The notes beneath the pieces were generated by a model, which ran no database searches, had not been told where the DNA came from, and saw only the letters and a list, made by a program, of their open reading frames with translations. A program made the translations under genes and the position numbers. From the NCBI GenBank assembly GCA_002306335.1, contig DBRT01000037.1:329-49474 (forward strand): a stretch of DNA of 49,146 nucleotides, in the 5' to 3' direction. The stretch is from Bacillales bacterium UBA1361 (GTDB taxonomy: Bacteria > Bacillota_I > Bacilli_A > RFN20 > CAG-826). Below are positions 44,671 through 49,146 of the stretch, piece after piece. Within the stretch, counting starts at the first letter, position 1. Every line of letters starts with the position of its first letter.

Positions 44671-46509
44671 ATGAGTGCAGATGTTTTTCGCGAAGAAGAA
44701 GCAGTTAAAAAAGTAACTTTCGGAGTTTGGAAACAAATCTTAAAGATTATTTTAAGAAGTAAAAAAGAACTATCGTTACTCTTAATTTTTGCGGTGTTTA
44801 TGTCACTCGCGGAAGCTTCAACAATTCCGCTTAATGCTTATGCAATTAGTAATCTTATTGAAACATATAATGAAAGTGCCTTACTCCCCTTTATTGTATT
44901 AAGTGTTACCCAAATTGTTGTCTTTGCCTTTGGTGTCTTTGGCTTTATTTACTTTGGTTCAAAACTTGAAACACAAGTACGATATACATTACGCAAAGAG
45001 TCATTTAAAAATTTACAAAAATTACCATTTAGCTATTATGACTCGACAAAACAGGGCTGGATTATGGCCAGGATGACAAGTGATACAAACCGTTTAGCGC
45101 GCATTGTCTCATGGGGAATCTTAGATTTAACTTGGTCAGGTTTCTTTATGTTTTTCACGATTGTTGTCTTATTTATTAGTGAATGGCGGCTAGCTTTAGT
45201 GTTTGTTTCATTTTTACCAATCTTACTTTTTATTGCGATTATTTTCCGTAAGAAAGTTTTAATCTTAAATCGTAAATCACGTTTCCATAATAGTCAGTTA
45301 ACTGGCCTTTTTAATGAATCATTTTTAGGCGCTAAAACAACTAAGAGCTTAGCAATTGAAAGTGAATTAAGTGACGAATTTACGAAAGAAGCGCGCGTAA
45401 TGAAAAAAGTGACGTTAAAGGCGATTCTTTATGGCGCTATTTTCTCGAGTTTCCTTTTAGCGGGCAGTTACACAATTGTTGCCTTTGTCATGGCGCTTGG
45501 TGGGTACTTTGCCCTCCAAGGCTTAGTGACGATGCCGATTCTCTTTATGTTTATTCGTGCGGCAATGAATACTTTTGAACCTATCTTAAACTTAACGAAC
45601 TTTATTAATGAACTACAAGTCGCGCAAGCTAGTGCTGAACGTGTTTTACAATTAGTCAACGAAAAGCCGTCGATTGATGATACGCAAGAAGTTAAAGATG
45701 TGTATGGTGATTTATTTGATAAGAAAAAAGAAAATTGGGAAGAAATTAAAGGTGATGTTGAATTTAAAGATGTGACATTCTATTACAATCCAAAAGAAAT
45801 TATTCTCGATAAATTTAATTTAAAAGTTAAAGCTGGGCAAACAGTAGCACTTGTTGGTCATACCGGCAGCGGGAAAACAACGATTGTTAATCTTTTCGCA
45901 AGATTCTACGAGCCGCGCGCTGGTGAAATATTAATTGATGGTAAAGATTATCGAAAGCGTAGTCTATCATGGCTCCATAGCCGCTTAGGATATGTTTTAC
46001 AAATGCCCGAGCTTTTCTCCACATCGATTAAAGAAAACATTCGCTATGGTAATTTAGAGGCAAGTGATGAAGAAGTCATTGCTGCGAGTAAAGCAGTCGG
46101 CCTTGATGAATTTGTGAATACCTTAGAAAAGGGATACGACACGCATGTTGGTGAAGCTGGTAACCTTTTATCAGTGGGCCAAAAGCAACTCATCTCTTTT
46201 GCGCGAGCAATTATTGCTGATCCACGAATTTTAATTCTTGACGAAGCGACTAGTTCGATTGATAGCGAAGCTGAAGCAAAAATCCAAAAAGCCACTGATG
46301 AACTCTTAAAAGGCCGAACAAGTTTTGTTGTTGCGCACCGCTTAAGCACGATTGTTAATAGTGATTTAATCGTTGTTTTAGAAAACGGTAAGATTATTGA
46401 GCAAGGTACTCACGCTGAATTACTAGGTAATCGCGGGCATTACTTTGAATTATATCGAAATCAATTTATCGCGGAACGCCGTGAAGAAAAATATCTGGAG
46501 ATTGATTAA
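44671..46509 (+). CDS. ABC exporter half-transporter, consensus-site subunit of heterodimer 2
   Basis: GHTGSGKTT, LSVGQKQ, LILDEATS, VAHRLST. Confidence 0.9.
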   Translation: MSADVFREEEAVKKVTFGVWKQILKIILRSKKELSLLLIFAVFMSLAEASTIPLNAYAISNLIETYNESALLPFIVLSVTQIVVFAFGVFGFIYFGSKLETQVRYTLRKESFKNLQKLPFSYYDSTKQGWIMARMTSDTNRLARIVSWGILDLTWSGFFMFFTIVVLFISEWRLALVFVSFLPILLFIAIIFRKKVLILNRKSRFHNSQLTGLFNESFLGAKTTKSLAIESELSDEFTKEARVMKKVTLKAILYGAIFSSFLLAGSYTIVAFVMALGGYFALQGLVTMPILFMFIRAAMNTFEPILNLTNFINELQVAQASAERVLQLVNEKPSIDDTQEVKDVYGDLFDKKKENWEEIKGDVEFKDVTFYYNPKEIILDKFNLKVKAGQTVALVGHTGSGKTTIVNLFARFYEPRAGEILIDGKDYRKRSLSWLHSRLGYVLQMPELFSTSIKENIRYGNLEASDEEVIAASKAVGLDEFVNTLEKGYDTHVGEAGNLLSVGQKQLISFARAIIADPRILILDEATSSIDSEAEAKIQKATDELLKGRTSFVVAHRLSTIVNSDLIVVLENGKIIEQGTHAELLGNRGHYFELYRNQFIAERREEKYLEID

Positions 46510-46511
46510 TA

Positions 46512-46715
46512 GTGACACGGACTTATATTGTTGAAGGGATGAAAAACGAACGATCCGTACGTCGTATTGAACGCGCGTTATTTAGAGTGGATAATATAAG
46601 TTACGAAATAAATTTAGAAAAAAATACTGTTGTGATCCACTTTAGTAATAGAGTAGATGATGACAAAGTTATCGGTGCAATTAGTCGCGCTGGGTATCGG
46701 GCAATGCGATTATAA
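46512..46715 (+). CDS. HMA (heavy-metal-associated) fold miniprotein lacking the CxxC metal site
   Basis: GTG start 2 nt after the ABC gene stop. YIVEGMKNERSVRRIE...NLEKNTVVIHF...VIGAISRAGYRA fits the CopZ-type beta-alpha-beta-beta-alpha-beta pattern, with GMxCxxC replaced by GMKNERS. Confidence 0.6.
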   Translation: MTRTYIVEGMKNERSVRRIERALFRVDNISYEINLEKNTVVIHFSNRVDDDKVIGAISRAGYRAMRL

Positions 46716-46861
46716 TTAATGAAAATTTAAAATTTTGTAATAAAAAACTTGATTTAAACACATTTATAAATAAAGAAAATTAGTTGTAAATTAATGCATC
46801 AGCGGGTTTACTTCTAATAATTATAAGATATAATAGAATATGGAAGGAAGAGGAAATAAAT

Positions 46862-46984
46862 ATGGTATTAGGTTCTGAAAAGAAATATTTATGTTTATTA
46901 TGCGGGATGATTATTGATAACCCAGATTATTGTGAATACTGTGGTGCAACATCAGAAAACATCGTTCCTTACGAAGAAGAATAA
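46862..46984 (+). CDS. 40-aa zinc-ribbon (rubredoxin-like CxxC...CxxC) miniprotein
   Basis: Not in the ORF track (below 60 aa). ATG follows GGAAGGAAGAGGA. Product MVLGSEKKYLCLLCGMIIDNPDYCEYCGATSENIVPYEEE. A terminator follows. Confidence 0.45.
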   Translation: MVLGSEKKYLCLLCGMIIDNPDYCEYCGATSENIVPYEEE

Positions 46985-47001
46985 ATATTAAATAAACATA
47001 T

Positions 47002-47031
47002 AAAAAAGCATGGGGCAACCCATGTTTTTTA
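47002..47031 (+). terminator. Rho-independent terminator
   Basis: aaaaaaG-CATGGG-gcaa-CCCATG-tttttt. Confidence 0.8.
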
Positions 47032-47083
47032 TTATTAATAAAAACATGCTAAAATTAAGTATCTAATAAATGAGGAAAACATT

Positions 47084-48355
47084 ATGAAAATACGTTTTAT
47101 TAACGCACTTATTCTTACAATGGAAGAAAATCGTCCGCTTTTTTATGGTGAAGTCCATGTTGAAGGTAATAGAATAACTTATGTTGGGCCAAGTGGTGAC
47201 TTTAATGAACCGTTTGACCGTATTATTAACGCTGAAGGTAATTTACTCATGCCTGGCTTTAAAAACGCCCATACGCATTCACCGATGACATTTTTACGGA
47301 GTTACGCTGATGACTTACCGCTTTATGACTGGTTACATAAGGCCGTATTTCCGCTTGAAGATAAACTTGAGCCTGGCGATCAATATGTCTTAAGTAAAAT
47401 TGCTTTTGCGGAATACTTAACAAGTGGCGTGACGGCATGTTTTGATATGTATTATTCACCACTTGAAACAGCGCAAGCGGCAATTGATGTTGGTTTTAGA
47501 GCGGCACTTGTGGGCACTGTTACAAAATACAAAGAAAGTGTTTGCGAAATGAAAGCAGCATATCACACGATTAATAAAATGCATCCGCTTGTTAGTTATC
47601 ATCTTGGGTTCCACGCTGAATATACAAGCACGCCCGAAATATTAAAAGAATTAGCGAAAGCTGCTCACGAATTAAAAGTCCCAATTTGGAGTCATATTAG
47701 TGAAACAGAAACGGAAGTAAAAGAATGTATTGAACGCCACGGCTACACCCCAGCAGTGTATTTTGATAAATTAGGTTTATATAATTACGGTGGTGGCGGT
47801 TTCCACGGAGTGCACTTTAGTGATGAAGACTTTGCCGTGTATAAAAAGCGCGGTTTAAGTATTGTGACCAATCCTAGTTCAAATACTAAACTTGCAAGCG
47901 GAATTGCCCCGATTAACAAATTCCTTAAAGAAGGGATTAATGTTGCAATTGGCACTGATGGGCCCGCTAGTAATAACGCGCTTGATTTCTTCCGTGAAAT
48001 GTGGCTTGTTACTGGTTTAGCGAAGTTACGTGAAAAAGACGCGGCGGTTGTTGATGCTTATGATGTCCTTAAAATGGCTACTGTAAATGGTGCTGAAGCA
48101 ATGGGATTAAAAGACGCTAAATATTTAAGTGTTGGCAGTCTAGCGGACATCATTATGCTTGATATGCAGCAACCGAATATGCAACCTGTTAATAATATTG
48201 AAAAAAATATTGTGTACGCTGGTAGTAAGGTTAATGTATTATTAACGATGATTGATGGCAAGATTTTATATGAAGACGGTGAATTTAATCTTGATGAACC
48301 TATTAGTGAAATTTATCGTAAAGCGCAAGCTATTACTGAACGGTTAAAAAGTTAA
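47084..48355 (+). CDS. mtaD: Amidohydrolase, 5-methylthioadenosine/S-adenosylhomocysteine deaminase-like
   Basis: Metal-binding HTH motif (FKNAHTHSPMT), later HISE and GTDG motifs. Length and N-terminus are typical of MtaD/chlorohydrolase proteins. Confidence 0.75.
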   Translation: MKIRFINALILTMEENRPLFYGEVHVEGNRITYVGPSGDFNEPFDRIINAEGNLLMPGFKNAHTHSPMTFLRSYADDLPLYDWLHKAVFPLEDKLEPGDQYVLSKIAFAEYLTSGVTACFDMYYSPLETAQAAIDVGFRAALVGTVTKYKESVCEMKAAYHTINKMHPLVSYHLGFHAEYTSTPEILKELAKAAHELKVPIWSHISETETEVKECIERHGYTPAVYFDKLGLYNYGGGGFHGVHFSDEDFAVYKKRGLSIVTNPSSNTKLASGIAPINKFLKEGINVAIGTDGPASNNALDFFREMWLVTGLAKLREKDAAVVDAYDVLKMATVNGAEAMGLKDAKYLSVGSLADIIMLDMQQPNMQPVNNIEKNIVYAGSKVNVLLTMIDGKILYEDGEFNLDEPISEIYRKAQAITERLKS

Positions 48356-48357
48356 AT

Positions 48358-49032
48358 ATGCCAAATTATAATGAACTTAAAGGCAATAATTTAAATTTTA
48401 GTATTGAGAAAAATAAGCCAAATATTTTAAAAGGTAAAACATTATTATTTCTTGGTGCGTCTTTTACTTATGGTCACGCTTCGTTTGGTGAATCGTTTGT
48501 CGAATATATTGAAGTGCGGAATGATTGTACTTGTATTAAAGAAGCCGTGAGCGGCACAACACTTGTGGAGCATATTGAAGATAGTTATATTACTAGGCTA
48601 AAAAAAGTACCGTTAGGCAAGAAGTATGACGCATTACTTTGTCAGCTCTCAAGTAATGATGTGCGGCTTAAACAAGAATTTGGTGTTATTAAAGAAAGTG
48701 ATTACGATACGAAAACAATATGTGGCGCTATTCAATATATTGCAAAGTACGCTCGTGATGTGCTTAAGTGTCCTGTTATTTTTTACACTTGTCCTTATTT
48801 TGATAAGGAGCGGTATCAAAAATTAGTAAGTATACTTAACGAAATTGCTACGAAAATGCAGTTTAGTGTAATTGATATGTATAATGACAAAAACTTCAAT
48901 AATATTTCCGCGGAGACATACGCTTTATATATGGCTGATCCTGTTCATCCAACTAAAGCGGGATATTATTATTGGCCTACTCCTTACATAGAAAGCCACT
49001 TATTTGCCTTTTTCACTAAATTAATTAGATAA
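48358..49032 (+). CDS. SGNH-hydrolase-like protein (divergent block I)
   Basis: LLFLGASFTYG takes the place of GDS(L). Also SSND and DPVHPTKAGY (DxxH block V). Confidence 0.6.
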   Translation: MPNYNELKGNNLNFSIEKNKPNILKGKTLLFLGASFTYGHASFGESFVEYIEVRNDCTCIKEAVSGTTLVEHIEDSYITRLKKVPLGKKYDALLCQLSSNDVRLKQEFGVIKESDYDTKTICGAIQYIAKYARDVLKCPVIFYTCPYFDKERYQKLVSILNEIATKMQFSVIDMYNDKNFNNISAETYALYMADPVHPTKAGYYYWPTPYIESHLFAFFTKLIR

Positions 49033-49033
49033 T

Positions 49034-49061
49034 TTGCATTAATTAATAATCATGTTATAAT
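49034..49061 (+). promoter_or_regulatory. Sigma-A type promoter of the initiator tRNA
   Basis: TTGCAT, 16-nt spacer, TGt-extended TATAAT, ending 10 nt before the tRNA. Confidence 0.65.
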
Positions 49062-49071
49062 ATTAATACAT

Positions 49072-49146
49072 CGCGGAGTAGAGCAGTGGTAGCTCGTCGG
49101 GCCCATAATCCGGAGGTCGGAGGTTCAAATCCTCCCTCCGCAACCA
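49072..49146 (+). tRNA. Initiator tRNA-fMet (CAU), CCA encoded, reaches the window end
   Basis: C1xA72 mismatch and A11:U24, both initiator hallmarks. Overall similar to remembered Bacillus/Mycoplasma tRNA-fMet. The anticodon loop reads CCCATAA. Confidence 0.85.

Noticed and set aside
1-49146. The whole window might use genetic code 4 (TGA = Trp), given the Mollicute-like features and the in-frame TGA at 29424
   Set aside because: TGA terminates several well-supported genes exactly where homologues should end (20241, 22165, 24870, 30062). Trp is written TGG throughout. Only one gene would benefit from TGA = Trp.

Overview
This 49.1 kb window is low-GC chromosomal DNA. By inference it comes from an Acholeplasma-like Mollicute or a related low-GC Firmicute. 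The evidence is many lipoproteins with short lipoboxes, CCA-encoding tRNA genes and strong SD sites. It uses the standard code: TGA ends at least four well-supported genes (stops at 20239-20241, 22163-22165, 24868-24870 and 30060-30062), and Trp is TGG.

Layout:
- 1-10 kb: a galactan/arabinogalactan-type utilisation block (GH43, SBP lipoprotein, two permeases, GH2, a lipoprotein with two CBM9-like modules, GalM, GalK).
- 10-14.9 kb: a DUF975 membrane protein, class I FBP aldolase, and a surface-decoration cluster (LicD, GT4, acyltransferase-like).
- 15.1-20.2 kb: a BMP-family nucleoside-type ABC importer.
- 20.3-33.2 kb: an accessory stretch punctuated by tRNA genes (Arg; Pro-Ala-Met-Ile2-Ser; His).
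- 33.3-39 kb: orphan binding proteins (including a circularly permuted PstS-like protein with Pho-box-like repeats upstream), an SGNH hydrolase, a Tyr-phosphatase, a KE-rich membrane protein and a patatin.
- 39.1-46.5 kb: two tandem heterodimeric ABC exporters, followed by a Cys-less HMA-fold miniprotein and a 40-aa zinc ribbon.
- 47-49.1 kb: an MtaD-like deaminase, a second SGNH hydrolase, and an initiator tRNA with an unusual anticodon arm.

The accessory stretch holds:
- a Doc/Fic-fold protein whose catalytic His is replaced by Gln;
- an ECF-type sigma factor translationally coupled to a membrane-anchored serpin-fold protein;
- an orphan AAA_15/21-type ATPase;
- a second GT4;
- several decayed genes, including a zinc-ribbon/nuclease-like gene with one in-frame TGA and a surface-protein gene with two in-frame TAA codons, frameshifts and an inserted restriction-modification remnant.

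The best candidate for a novel system is the sigma factor plus serpin-fold transmembrane partner at 21.7-23.5 kb. All family assignments come from motifs read by eye and need database confirmation. No CRISPR array, rRNA, transposase or integrase was seen.
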